Origin: Centroscyllium fabricii
Lineage: Eukaryota
Reading direction: 5' to 3'
DNA length: 64,000 nt
Assembly (NCBI GenBank): GCA_051313645.2
Contig: JBNRSN020000009.1
Location: 25,730,001 to 25,794,000, forward strand
This document shows, one piece after another, positions 45,735 through 59,400 of this stretch (position 1 is the first letter of the stretch; every line of letters starts with the position of its first letter). A program made the translations under genes and the position numbers. Under the pieces are notes generated by a model. It saw nothing but the letters and a program-made list of their open reading frames with translations. It did no database searches and was not told the origin of the DNA.

Positions 45735-47748
45735 TGATACCGAATCAATGACCTCGGAGAGGAGATGTAACGAGGTGAAACAAAAGGCTTTTATTAGCTA
45801 AAAGGTTGAGCATGCACCAGCTAGTCGACCGCTCCCAGAATGAATGGGGGAAGGGAGACAGTCGCTTATGTACCTGTCCTGGGAGGAGGAGTCACAGGCG
45901 GGGCTAGCATAGGCATGCCCAGGTAAGCAATATACAGTTACACACATATATATATACACAAAGTGGTTTACCACATTCACCCCTTGTTTAAAACAAAGTC
46001 CGGCGGGTCGAATGCGACGCAGTTCTTAGAGGTCAAGCCTGTCGGGCGACGGGCTTGCAGTCCGGGGTGAGGTTGGCAAAGAGCGAGGGGGGGGCGACCT
46101 TAAGGGTCGAGAGGCCGCAGGTAGCGCGCTGTAGGTACTGCGGTGAGTGCTGGTTTCTGACCGTGAGCGGGGGAAGGGGCCCAACGTACGCCATGGTAAC
46201 GCTCTGGAGGTGGCACTGAAAGTCGAGGCCCAGCAGTAAGGGAGCGCAGAGTTGCGGCAGCACGAATACTTTAAAATTACTGAAGTGTACGCCCCGCACT
46301 GTCAGGGTCACTACGCAGCGACCGCAGACATCCGCAGATTCGGACTTAGACGCCATCGATATTTTTTGGCTAGCCGGCATGACTTTAAGGGAGAAGCGCT
46401 TTACCGTATCTGGATGGATGAAGCTCGCCGTGCTCCCGCTGTCAAAAAGGCAATCCGCACTCCGCCCGTTCACCTGCACCGTCATCATAGATCTGCTCAG
46501 TGACTGGCTCTTGTTCTGGTCGAGTGTGATGGAGGCCAGAAACGGGTCGGTTGAGAGGTCTGGGGCCTCGTCCCAAGATGGCTGCCGCCACGCGGCGTGC
46601 TGTGATGGAGATGGCTGTGTCCAAGATGGCGTCTGCTCCCACGCAACGGGCTGTGGTGAAGATGGCTGTGTCCAAGATGGCTGCCCCCACGCGGCGCTGC
46701 CCGGTTTGGAGGGCGGTATTGCCGCTGCTCTGCAGACTTTAGCAAAATGTCCTTTATTACCGCATCTCTCGCCGGGCAGTTTCGTCTTTGATGTTGGGCC
46801 TGGCCGCAGAAGTAACATTTAGGCCCTCTTGAGTGCGTAGCCGCAGTCATCTCTTCCGCCGGTCGCGGCGCGGCCGGCTGTGTCCAAGATGGCGGCGCCG
46901 GCGATGGGGCCGCGTGGTTGCCCAAGTAAGACGACAAGTTAAGGGACGCCAAGTCCAGCGCGTTCCCCAGGTCAGCTGCCGCCTGCAGGTCCATACCATA
47001 CCATTTTGTTCCAAAAGTCTTTGGCGGTTGTAATCGGACCTGAGGCCAGTCACATAAGCGTCCCTGATGAGACTTGCCGAGTGCACCTGGGCTGTCTGTG
47101 ACTTACAGTTGCAGGCCCGGCAGAGGACTCTCAGCGCTCGTAGGAACTCCACGCTCGATTCCCCGGGTTGCTGCTTTCTGGTGGCCAGGAGGTGTCTGGC
47201 GTGGACGAGGTTCGGTGTCCGGTTGTACTCAGCTTTCAGAATCCGGATCGCATCTAAGTAGGACGACGCATCCGCGATCATCGAGTAGACTTAGGGGCCC
47301 ACCCGGGTGTTGAGAAGGCACTTGTCCTCCGTCCGGACGACCGCCGCGTTGGCTAGGAGGAACGCGTCGAAACAGCTGAACCAGTGCGTAAAAGTATTGG
47401 AGGCGCCTGGTGTTTGGGGATCCAGTCCGAACGTTGCTGGTTTTAGCATGGACTCCATGGTTATAATTTAGCTAATAAAATTGATACCGAATCAATGACC
47501 TCGGAGACGAGATGTAACGAGGTGAAACAAAAGGCTTTTATTAGCTAAAAGGTTGGGCATGCACCAGCTAGTCGACCGCTCCCAGAATGAATGGGGGAAG
47601 GGAGACAGTCGCTTATGTACCTGTCCTGGGAGGAGGAGTCACAGGCGGGGCTAGCATGGGCATGCCCAGGTAAGCAATATACAAAGAACCATATACATTA
47701 TCACAGGCCGTTGGTTACACACATATATATACAAAGTGGTTTACCACA
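45735..47748 (-). mobile_element. Internally deleted Gypsy LTR retrotransposon (gag and protease only)
   Basis: Two similar LTRs, TGATAC...ACCACA, at 45735-45975 and 47482-47748. Apparent TSD TGGGGG. Polypurine tract on the minus strand next to 45976. Confidence 0.92.
46033..47458 (-). pseudogene. Gypsy gag-protease pseudogene
   Basis: ATG at 47458; ARHLLATRKQQPGES gag motif; zinc knuckles CYFCG...H...C and CGNKGHFAKVC; aspartic protease LFDSGS. Contains a premature stop and frameshifts and ends before RT. Confidence 0.85.
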
Positions 47749-48522
47749 TGGGGGACAATGTAAGGGATTGGGGAACAATGTAAGGGATTGGAGAACAATG
47801 CAAGGGATTGGGGGACAATGCAAAGGATTGGGGGACAATGTAAGGGATTGGGGACAATGTAAGGGATTGGGGGACAATGCAAAGGATTGGGGGACAATGT
47901 AAGGGATTGGGGACAATGTAAGGGATTGGGGAACAATGTAAGGGATTGGGGAACAATGCAAGGGATTGGGGGAACAATGCAGGAGACTGGGGAACAATGC
48001 AAGGGATTGGGGAACAATGCAAGGGATTGGGGAACAATGCAAGAGATTGGGGAACAATGTAAGGGATTGGGGGACAATGCAAGGGATTGGGGAACAATGC
48101 AAGGGATTGCGGGACAATGCAAGGGATTGGGGAACAATGCAAGGGATTGCAGAACAATGTAAGGGATTGGGGAACAATGCAAGGGATTGGGGGACAATGG
48201 AAGCAATTGGGCGACAATGTGAGGGATTGGGGAACAATGCAAGTGATTGGGGAACAATGCAAGGGATTGGGCGACAATGTAAGAGATTGGGGGACAATGC
48301 AAGGGATTGTGGGACAATGTAAGGGATTGGGGGACAATGTAAGGGATTGGGGGACAATGTAAGAGATTGGGGAACAATGCAAGGGATTGGGGAACAATGT
48401 AAGATATTGGGGAACAATGCAAGGGATTGGGGCACAATGCAAGGGGTCTGGGGGAACAATGCAAGGGATTGGGGAACAATGCAAGGGATTGGGGGAACAA
48501 TGCAAGAGATTGGGGAACAATG

Positions 48523-48796
48523 GGTTTCCTCTGGGTGCTCTGGTTTCCTCCCACAGTCCAAAGATGTGCAGGTTAGGTTGATTGGCCATGATAAATTGAC
48601 CCTTAGTGTTAGGGGGATTGAATATGTGGGGTTACAGGGATAGGGTGGGATATGTGTCGGTGCAGGCTCAAGAGTGATATGGGGACAAGGCAGGGTCAGG
48701 GTGCTGGGTTTGGATGATCAGCCATGATCTCATTGAATGGCAGAGCAGGCTCGAAGGGCTGAATGGCCTACTCCTGCACCTAGTTTCTGTGTTTCT
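48523..48796 (+). mobile_element. 5'-truncated V-SINE in the satellite, copy 1
   Basis: GGTTTCCTC...CCCACAGTCCAAAGATGTGC core with CR1-derived tail; flanked by AATG on both sides. Confidence 0.85.
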
Positions 48797-51549
48797 AATG
48801 CAAGGGATTGGGGGAACAATGTAAGGGATTGGGGAACAATGTAAGGGATTGGGGGACAATGCAAGGGATTCGGGAACAATGCAGGGGATTGGGGAACAAT
48901 GCAAGGGATTTGGGGAACTGCAATGGATTTGGAACAATGCAGGACATTGGGGAACAATGTAAGGGATTGGGGAATAATGTAAGAGATTGGGGTCAATGCA
49001 AGGGATTGGGGAACAATGCAAGGGATTGGGGGACCCATGTGAGCAATTGGGGGAACAATGCAATTGATTGGGGAACAATGCAAGAGATTGTGGAACAATG
49101 CAAGGGATTGGGGGACCCATGCGAGCAATTGGGGGAACAATGCAATTGATTGGGGAACAATGCAAGAGATTGGGGGAACAATGCAAGGGATTGGTATAAC
49201 AATGCAAGTGATTGGGGAACAATGCAAGGGATTGGGGAACAATGCACGTGATTGGGGAACAATGCAAGGGATTGGGGAACAATGCAAGAGATTGGGGGAA
49301 CAATGCAAGTGATTGGGGAACAATGCAAGGGATTGGGGAACAATGTAAGGGATTGGGGAACAATGTAAGGGATTGGGGAACAATGTAAGGGATTGGGGAA
49401 CAGTGCAAGTGATTGGGGAACAATGCAAGGGATTGGGGAACAATGCAAGGGATTGGGGAACAATGCAGGGGATTGGGAACAAAGCAAGGGATTGGGGAAC
49501 AATGCAGGAGATTGGGGAACAATACAAGGGATTGGGGAACAATGCAAGAGATTGGAGGACAATGCAAGGGATTGGGGAACAATACAGGAGATTGGGTAAC
49601 AATGCAGGAGATTGGGGAACAATGCAAGAGACTGGAGAACAATGCAAGGGATTGGGGAACAATGCAGGAGATTGGGGAACAATGCAAGGGATTGGGGGAA
49701 CAATGCAAGGGATTGGGGACAAAGCAAGGGATTGGGGAACAATGCAGGAGATTGGGGAACAATGCAGGAGATTGGGGAACAATGCAAGGGATTGGGGAAC
49801 AATGCAAGGGATTGGGGAACAATGCATGGGATTGGGGAACAATGCAGGAGATTGGGGAACAATGCAGGCGATTGGGGAACAATGCAAGTGATTGGGGGAA
49901 CAATGCAAGGGATTGGGGAACAATGTAAAGGATTGGGGAACAATGTAAGCGATTGGGGAACAATGCAGGAGATTGGGGAACAGTGCAGGAGATTGGGGAA
50001 CAATGCAGGAGATTGGGGAACAATGCAGGAGATTGGGGAACAATGCGGGCGATTGGGAACAAAGCAAGGGATTGGGGAACAATGTAGGAGATTGGTGAAC
50101 AATGCAGGAGATTGGGGAACAATACAAGGGATTGGGGAACAATGCAAGAGATTGGAGGACAATGCAAGGGATTGGGGAACAATACAGGAGATTGGGGAAC
50201 AATGCAGGAGATTGGGGAACAATGCAAGAGATTGGAGAACAATGCAAGGGATTGGGGAACAATGTAGGAGATTGGGGAACAATGCAAGGGATTGGGGGAA
50301 CAATGCAAGGGATTGGGGACAAAGCAAGGGATTGGGGAACAATGCAGGAGATTGGGGAGCAATGCAGGAGATTGGGGAACAATGCAAGGGATTGGGGAAC
50401 AATGCAAGGGATTGGGGAACAATGCAAGGGATTGGGGAACAATGCAAGAGATTGGGGAACAATGCAAGAGATTGGGGAACAATGCAGGAGATTGGGGAAC
50501 AATGCAGGAGATTGGGGAACAATGCAAGGGATTGGGGAACAATGCAAGGGATTGGGGAACAATGCAAGGGATTGGGGAACAATGCAAGAGATTGGGGAAC
50601 AATGCAGGAGATTGGGGAGCAATGCAGGCGATTGGGGAACAATGCAAGGGATTTGGGGAACAATGCAAGGGATTGGGGAACAATGCAAGGGATTGGGGAA
50701 CAATGCAAGAGATTGGGGAACAATGCAGGAGATTGGGGAACAATGCAAGTGATTGGGGGAACAATGCAAGGGATTGGGGAACAATGTAAAGGATTGGGGA
50801 ACAATGTAAGTGATTGGGGAACAATGCAGGAGATTGGGGAACAGTGCAGGAGATTGGGGAACAATGCAGGAGATTGGGGAACAATGCAAGGGATTGGGGA
50901 ACAATGCAGGGGATTGGGAACAAAGCAAGCGATTGGGGAACAATGCAGGAGATTGGGGAACAATGCAGGAGATTGTGGAACAATGCAAGGGATTGGGGAA
51001 CAATGCAAGAGATTGGAGAACAATGCAAGGGATTGGGGAACAATGCAGGAGATTGGGGAACAATGCAGGAGATTGGGGAACAATGTAAGGGATTGGGGGA
51101 CAATGCAAGGGATTGGGGAACAATGCAAGGGATTGCGGGACAATGCAAGGGATTGGGGAACAATGCAAGGGATTGCGGAACAATGTAAGGGATTGGGGAA
51201 CAATGCAAGGGATTGGGGGACAATGGAAGCGATTGGGCGACAATGTAAGGGATTGGGGGAACAATGCAAGGGATTGGGGAACAATGCAAGGGATTGGGCG
51301 ACAATGTAAGAGATTGGGGGACAATGCAAGGGATTGGGGGACAATGTAAGGGATTGGGGGACAATGTAAGAGATTGGGGGACAATGTAAGGGAGTGGGGA
51401 ACAATGCAAGGGATTGGGGAACAATGTAAGAGATTGGGGAACAATGCAAGGGATTGGGGAACAATGCAAGGGGTCTGGGGGAACAATGCAAGGGATTGGG
51501 GAACAATGCAAGGGATTGGGGGAACAATGCAAGAGATTGGGGAACAATG

Positions 51550-51823
51550 GGTTTCCTCCGGGTGCTCTGGTTTCCTCCCACAGTCCAAAGATGTGCAGGT
51601 TAGGTTGATTGGCCATGATAAATTGACCCTTAGTGTTAGGGGGATTGAACATGTGGGGTTACAGGGATAGGGTGGGATATGTGTCGGTGCAGGCTCAAGA
51701 GTGATATGGGGACAAGGCAGGGTCAGGGTGCTGGGTTTGGATGATCAGCCATGATCTCATTGAATGGCAGAGCAGGCTCGAAGAGCTGAATGGCCTACTC
51801 CTGCTCCTAGTTTCTGTGTTTCT
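51550..51823 (+). mobile_element. 5'-truncated V-SINE in the satellite, copy 2
   Basis: Same junctions and diagnostic variants as copy 1. Confidence 0.85.
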
Positions 51824-53154
51824 AATGCAAGGGATTGAGGGAACAATGTTAGATTGGGGAACAATGTAAGGGATTGGGGGACAATGCAAGGGATTCGGGA
51901 ACAATGCAGGGGATTGGGGAACAATGCAAGGGATTTGGGGAACAGTGCAATGGATTTGGGGGAACAATGCAGGACATTGGGGAACAATGCAAGGGATTGG
52001 GGAACAATGCAAGGGATTGGGGAACAATGCAAGGGATTGGGGAACAATGCAAGAGATTGGGGAACAATGCAGGAGATTGGGGAACAATGCAGGAGATTGG
52101 GGAACAATGCAAGGGATTGGGGAACAATGCAAGGGATTGGGGAACAATGCAAGGGATTGGGGAACAATGCAAGAGATTGGGGAACAATGCAGGAGATTGG
52201 GGAGCAATGCAGGCGATTGGGGAACAATGCAAGGGATTTGGGGAACAATGCAAGAGATTGGGGAACAATGCAAGGGATTGGGGAACAATGCAAGGGATTG
52301 GGGAACAATGCAAGAGATTGGGGAACAATGCAGGAGATTGGGGAACAATGCAAGTGATTGGGGGAACAATGCAAGGGATTGGGGAACAATGTAAAGGATT
52401 GGGGAACAATGTAAGCGATTGGGGAACAATGCAGGAGATTGGGGAACAGTGCAGGAGATTGGGGAACAATGCAGGAGATTGGGGAACAATGCAAGGGATT
52501 GGGGAACAATGCAGGGGATTGGGAACAAAGCAAGCGATTGGGGAACAATGCAGGAGATTGGGGAACAATGCAGGAGATTGTGGAACAATGCAAGGGATTG
52601 GGGAACAATGCAGGAGATTGGAGAACAATGCAAGGGATTGGGGAACAATGCAGGAGATTGGGGAACAATGCAGGAGATTGGGGAACAATGTAAGGGATTG
52701 GGGGACAATGCAAGGGATTGGGGAACAATGCAAGGGATTGCGGGACAATGCAAGGGATTGGGGAACAATGTAAGGGATTGCGGAACAATGTAAGGGATTG
52801 GGGAACAATGCAAGGGATTGGGGGACAATGGAAGCGATTGGGCGACAATGTAAGGGATTGGGGGAACAATGCAAGGGATTGGGGAACAATGCAAGGGATT
52901 GGGCGACAATGTAAGAGATTGGGGGACAATGCAAGGGATTGGGGGACAATGTAAGGGATTGGGGGACAATGTAAGAGATTGGGGGACAATGTAAGGGAGT
53001 GGGGAACAATGCAAGGGATTGGGGAACAATGTAAGAGATTGGGGAACAATGCAAGGGATTGGGGAACAATGCAAGGGGTCTGGGGGAACAATGCAAGGGA
53101 TTGGGGAACAATGCAAGGGATTGGGGGAACAATGCAAGAGATTGGGGAACAATG

Positions 53155-53428
53155 GGTTTCCTCCGGGTGCTCTGGTTTCCTCCCACAGTCCAAAGATGTG
53201 CAGGTTAGGTTGATTGGCCATGATAAATTGACCCTTAGTGTTAGGGGGATTGAACATGTGGGGTTACAGGGATAGGGTGGGATATGTGTCGGTGCAGGCT
53301 CAAGAGTGATATGGGGACAAGGCAGGGTCAGGGTGCCGGGTTTGGATGATCAGCCATGATCTCATTGAATGGCAGAGCAGGCTCGAAGGGCTGAATGGCC
53401 TACTCCTGCTCCTAGTTTCTGTGTTTCT
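53155..53428 (+). mobile_element. 5'-truncated V-SINE in the satellite, copy 3
   Basis: Same junctions and diagnostic variants as copy 1. Confidence 0.85.
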
Positions 53429-56400
53429 AATGCAAGGGATTGGGGGAACAATGTAAGAGATTGGGGAACAATGTAAGGGATTGGGGGACAATGCAAGGGA
53501 TTCGGGAACAATGCAGGCGATTGGGGAACAATGCAAGGGATTTGGGGAACAGTGCAATGGATTTGGGGGAACAATGCAGGACATTGGGGAACAATGTAAG
53601 GGATTGGGGAACAATGTAAGGGATTGGGGAATAATGTAAGAGATTGTGGTCAATGCAAGGGATTGGGGAACAATGCAAGGGATTGGGGGACCCATGTGAG
53701 CAATTGGGGGAACAATGCAATTGATTGGGGAACAATGCAAGAGATTGTGGAACAATGCAAGGGATTGGGGGACCCATGCGAGCAATTGGGGGAACAATGC
53801 AATTGACTGGGGAACAATGCAAGAGATTGGGGGAACAATGCAAGGGATTGGGGTAACAATGCAAGTGATTGGGGAACAATGCAAGGGATTGGGGAACAAT
53901 GCACGTGATTGGGGAACAATGCAAGGGATTGGGGAACAATGCAAGAGATTGGGGAACAATGCAAGGGATTGGGGAACAATGCAAGGGGTCTGGGGGAACA
54001 ATGCAAGGGATTGGGGAACAATGCAAGGGATTGGGGAACAATGCAAGTGATTGGGGAACAATGCAAGGGATTGGGGAACAATGTAAGGGATTGGGGAACA
54101 ATGTAAGGGATTGGGGAACAGTGCAAGTGATTGGGGAACAATGCACGTGATTGGGGAGCAATGCAAGGGATTGGGGAACAATGCAAGAGATTGGGGAACA
54201 ATGCACGTGATTGGGGAACAATGCAAGGGATTGGGGAACAATGCAAGAGATTGGGGGAACAATGCAAGTGATTGGGGAACAATGCAAGTGATTGGGGAAC
54301 AATGCAAGGGATTGGGGAACAATGTAAGGGATTGGGGAACAATGTAAGAGATTGGGGAACAATGTAAGGGATTGGGGAATAGTGCAAGGGATTGGGGAAC
54401 AATGCAAGCGATTGGGGAACAATGCAAGGGATTGGGGAACAATGCAGGCGATTGGGGGAACAATGCAGGCGATTGGGGAACAATGCAAGTGATTGGGGAA
54501 CAATGCAAGCGATTGGGGAACAATGTAAGGGATTGGGGAACAATGTAAGGGATTGGGGAACAGTGCAAGTGATTGGGGAACAATGCAAGGGATTGGGGAA
54601 CAATGCAGTAGATTGGGGAACAATGCAGGAGATTGGGGAACAATGCAGGAGATTGGGGAACAATGCAGGAGATTGGGGAACAATTTAAGTGATTGAGGAA
54701 CAATGCAAGGGATTGGGGAACAATGCAAGGGATTGGGGAACAATGCAAGAGATTGGGGAACAATGCAAGGGATTGGGGAACAATGCAAGGGATTGGGGAA
54801 CAATGTAAGGGATTGGGGAACAATGCAAGGGATTGGGGAACAATGCAGGAGATTGGGGAACAATGCAGGCGATTGGGGAACAATGCCGGAGATTGGGGAA
54901 CAATGCAGGCGATTGGGGAACAATGCAAGTGATTGGGGAACAATGCAAGTGATTGGGGAACATTGCAAGGGATTGGGGAACAATGTAAGAGATTGGGGAA
55001 CAATGCAAGGTATTTGGGGAACAGTGCAAGGAATTTGGGGGAACAATGTAAGGGATTGGGGAACAATGCAAGGGATTGGGGAACAATGCAGGAGATTGGG
55101 GAACAATGTAAGGGATTGGGGAACAATGCAAGGGATTGGGGAACAATGCTTGCGATTGGGGAACAATGCAGGAGATTGGGGAACAAGTAAGGGATTGGTG
55201 AACAATGTAAGGGATTTGGGGAACAGTGCAAGGGATTTGGGGGAACAATGCAAGGGATTGGGGAAACAATGCAAGCGATTGGGGAACAATGCAAGGGATT
55301 GGGGCACCCATGCAAGCAATTGGGGGAACAATGCAAGTGATTGGGGTAACAATGCAAGGGATTGGGGTACAATGTAAGGGATTGGGAAACAATGCAGGAG
55401 ATTGGGGAACAATGCAAGGGATTGGGGAACAATGCAAGGAATTGGGGAACAATGTAAGGGATTGTGGAACAATGCAAGGGATTGGGGAACAATGCAAGGG
55501 ATTGGGGGACCCATGCGAGCAATTGGGGGAACAATGCAAGGGATTGGGGGAACAATGCAGGCGATTGGGGAACAATGCAGGAGATTGGGGAACAATGCAG
55601 GAGATTGGGGAACAATGCAAGGGATTGGGGAACAATGCAAGAGATTGGAGAACAATGCAGGAGATTGGGGAACAATGCAAGGGATTGGGGAACAATGCAA
55701 GAGATTGGAGAACAATGCAAGGGATTGGGGAACAATGTAGGAGATTGGGGAACAATGCAGGAGATTGGGGAACAATGCAAGAGATTGGAGAACAATGCAA
55801 GGGATTGGGGAACAATGCCAGAGATTGGGGAGCAATGCAAGGGATTGGGGGAACAATGCAAGGGATTGGGGAACAATGCAAGGGATTGGGGAACAATGCA
55901 TGAGATTCGGGAACAATGCAGGAGATTGGGGAACAATGCAGGCGATTGGGGAACAATGCAAGTGATTGGGGGAACAATGCAAGGGATTGGGGAACAATGT
56001 AAAGGATTGGGGAACAATGTAAGCGATTGGGGAACAATGCAGGAGATTGGGGAACAGTGCAGGAGATTGGGGAACAATGCAGGAGATTGGGGAACAATGC
56101 AAGGGATTGGGGAACAATGCAGGGGATTGGGAACAAAGCAAGGGATTGGGGAACAATGCAGGAGATTGGGGAACAATGGAGGAGATTGGGGAACAATACA
56201 AGGGATTGGGGAACAATGCAAGAGATTGGAGGACAATGCAAGGGATTGGGGAACAATACAGGAGATTGGGGAACAATGCAGGAGATTGGGGAACAATGCA
56301 AGAGATTGGAGAACAATGCAAGGGATTGGGGAACAATTCAGGAGATTGGGGAACAATGCAAGGGTTTGGGTGAACAATGCAAGGGATTGGGGACAAAGCA

Positions 56401-59400
56401 AGGGATTGGGGAACAATGCAGGAGATTGGGGAACAATGCAGGAGATTGGGGAACAATGCAAGGGATTGGGGAACAATGCAAGGGATTGGGGAACAATGCA
56501 AGGGATTGGGGAACAATGCAAGGGATTGGGGAACAATGCAAGAGATTGGGGAACAATGCAGGAGATTGGGGAACAATGCAGGCGATTGGGGAACAATGCA
56601 AGGGATTTGGGGAACAATGCAAGAGATTGGGGAACAATGCAAGGGATTGGGGAACAATGCAAGAGATTGGGGAACAATGCAAGAGATTGGGGAACAATGC
56701 AGGAGATTGGGGAACAATGCAAGTGATTGGGGGAACAATGCAAGTGATTGGGGAACAATGTAAAGGATTGGGGAACAATGTAAGCGATTGGGGAACAATG
56801 CAGGAGATTGGGGAACAGTGCAGGAGATTGGGGAACAATGCAGGAGATTGGGGAACAATGCAAGGGATTGGGGAACAATGCAGGTGATTGGGAACAAAGC
56901 AAGCGATTGGGGAACAATGCAGGAGATTGGGGAACCATGCAGGAGATTGGGGAACAATGCAAGGGATTGGGGAACAATGCAAGAGATTGGAGAACAATGC
57001 AAGGGATTGGGGAACAATGCAGGAGATTGGGGAACAATGCAGGAGATTGGGGAACAATGCAAGAGATTGGAGAACAATGCAAGGGATTGGGGAACAATAC
57101 AGGAGATTGGGGAACAATGCAAGGGATTGGGGGAACAATGCAAGGGATTGGGGACAAAGCAAGGGATTGGGGAACAATGCAGGAGATTGGGGAACAATGC
57201 AGGAGATTGGGGAACAATGCAAGGGATTGGGGAACAATGCAAGGGATTGGGGAACAATGCAAGGGATTGGGGAACAATGCAAGGGATTGGGGAACAATGC
57301 AAGAGATTGGGGAACAATGCAGGAGATTGGGGAACAATGCAGGCGATTGGGGAACAATGCAAGGGATTTGGGGAACAATGCAAGAGATTGGGGAACAATG
57401 TAAGGGATTGGGGAACAATGCAAGGGATTGGGGAACAATGCAAGTGATTGGGGAACAATGCAGGAGATTGGGGAACAATGCTGGAGATTTGGGAGCAATG
57501 CAAGCGATTGGTGAACAATGCATGAGATTGGGGAACAATGCTGGAGATTTGGGAACAATGCAAGGGATTGGGGAACAATGCAAGAGATTGGGGAACAATG
57601 CAGGAGATTGGGGAACAATGCAGGAGATTGGGGAACAATGCAGGAGATTTGGGAACAATGCAAGTGATTGGGGAATAATGCAAGGGATTGGGGAACAATG
57701 CAGGAGATTGGGGAACAATGCAAGAGATTGGGGAACAATGTAAGGGATTGGTGAACAATGCAAGGGATTGGGGAACAATGCAAGGAATTGGGGGAACAAT
57801 GCAAGGAATTGGGGGAACAATGCAAGGGATTGGGGAACAATGTAACAGATTGGGGAACAATGTATGAGATTGGGGGAGCAATGCAAGGGATTGGGGAACA
57901 ATGCAAGTGATTGGTGAACAATGCAAGGGATTAGGGAACAATGCAAGAGATTGGAGAACAATGCAAGGGATTGGGGAACAATGCAAGGGATTGGGGAACA
58001 ATGCAGGAGATTGGGGAACAATGCAGGAGATTGGGGATCAATGCAAGAGATTGGAGAACAATGCAAGGGATTGGGGAACAATGCAGGAGATTGGGGAAAA
58101 ATGCAAGGGATTGGTGAACAATGCAAGGGATTGGGGGACAAAGCAGGCGATTGGGGGAACAATGCAGGCGATTGGGGAACAATGCAAGTGATTGGGGAAC
58201 AATGCAAGCGATTGGGGAACAATGTAAGGGATTGGGGAACAATGTAAGGGATTGGGGAACAGTGCAAGTGATTGGGGAACAATGCAAGGGATTGGGGAAC
58301 AATGCAGTAGATTGGGGAACAATGCAGGAGATTGGGGAACAATGCAGGAGATTGGGGAACAATGCAGGAGATTGGGGAACAATTTAAGTGATTGAGGAAC
58401 AATGCAAGGGATTGGGGAACAATGCAAGGGATTGGGGAACAATGCAAGAGATTGGGGAACAATGCAAGGGATTGGGGAACAATGCAAGGGATTGGGGAAC
58501 AATGTAAGGGATTGGGGAACAATGCAAGGGATTGGGGAACAATGCAGGAGATTGGGGAACAATGCAGGCGATTGGGGAACAATGCCGGAGATTGGGGAAC
58601 AATGCAGGAGATTGGGGAACAATGCAAGTGATTGGGGAACAATGCAAGTGATTGGGGAACATTGCAAGGGATTGGGGAACAATGTAAGAGATTGGGGAAC
58701 AATGCAAGGTATTTGGGGAACAGTGCAAGGAATTTGGGGGAACAATGTAAGGGATTGGGGAACAATGCAAGGGATTGGGGAACAATGCAGGAGATTGGGG
58801 AACAATGTAAGGGATTGGGGAACAATGCAAGGGATTGGGGAACAATGCTTGCGATTGGGGAACAATGCAGGAGATTGGGGAACAAGTAAGGGATTGGTGA
58901 ACAATGTAAGGGATTTGGGGAACAGTGCAAGGGATTTGGGGGAACAATGCAAGGGATTGGGGAAACAATGCAAGGGATTGGGGAACAATGCAAGGGATTG
59001 GGCACCCATGCAAGCAATTGGGGGAACAATGAAAGTGATTGGGGTAACAATGCAAGGGATTGGGGTACAATGTAAGGGATTGGGAAACAATGCAGGAGAT
59101 TGGGGAACAATGCAAGGGATTGGGGAACAATGCAAGGGATTGGGGAACAATGCAGGAGATTGGGGAACAATGTAAGGGATTGTGGAACAATGCAAGGGAT
59201 TGGGGAACAATGCAAGGGATTGGGGGACCCATGCGAGCAATTGGGGGAACAATGCAAGGGATTGGGGGAACAATGCAGGCGATTGGGGAACAATGCAGGA
59301 GATTGGGGAACAATGCAGGAGATTGGGGAACAATGCAAGGGATTGGGGAACAATGCAAGAGATTGGAGAACAATGCAGGAGATTGGGGAACAATGCAAGG

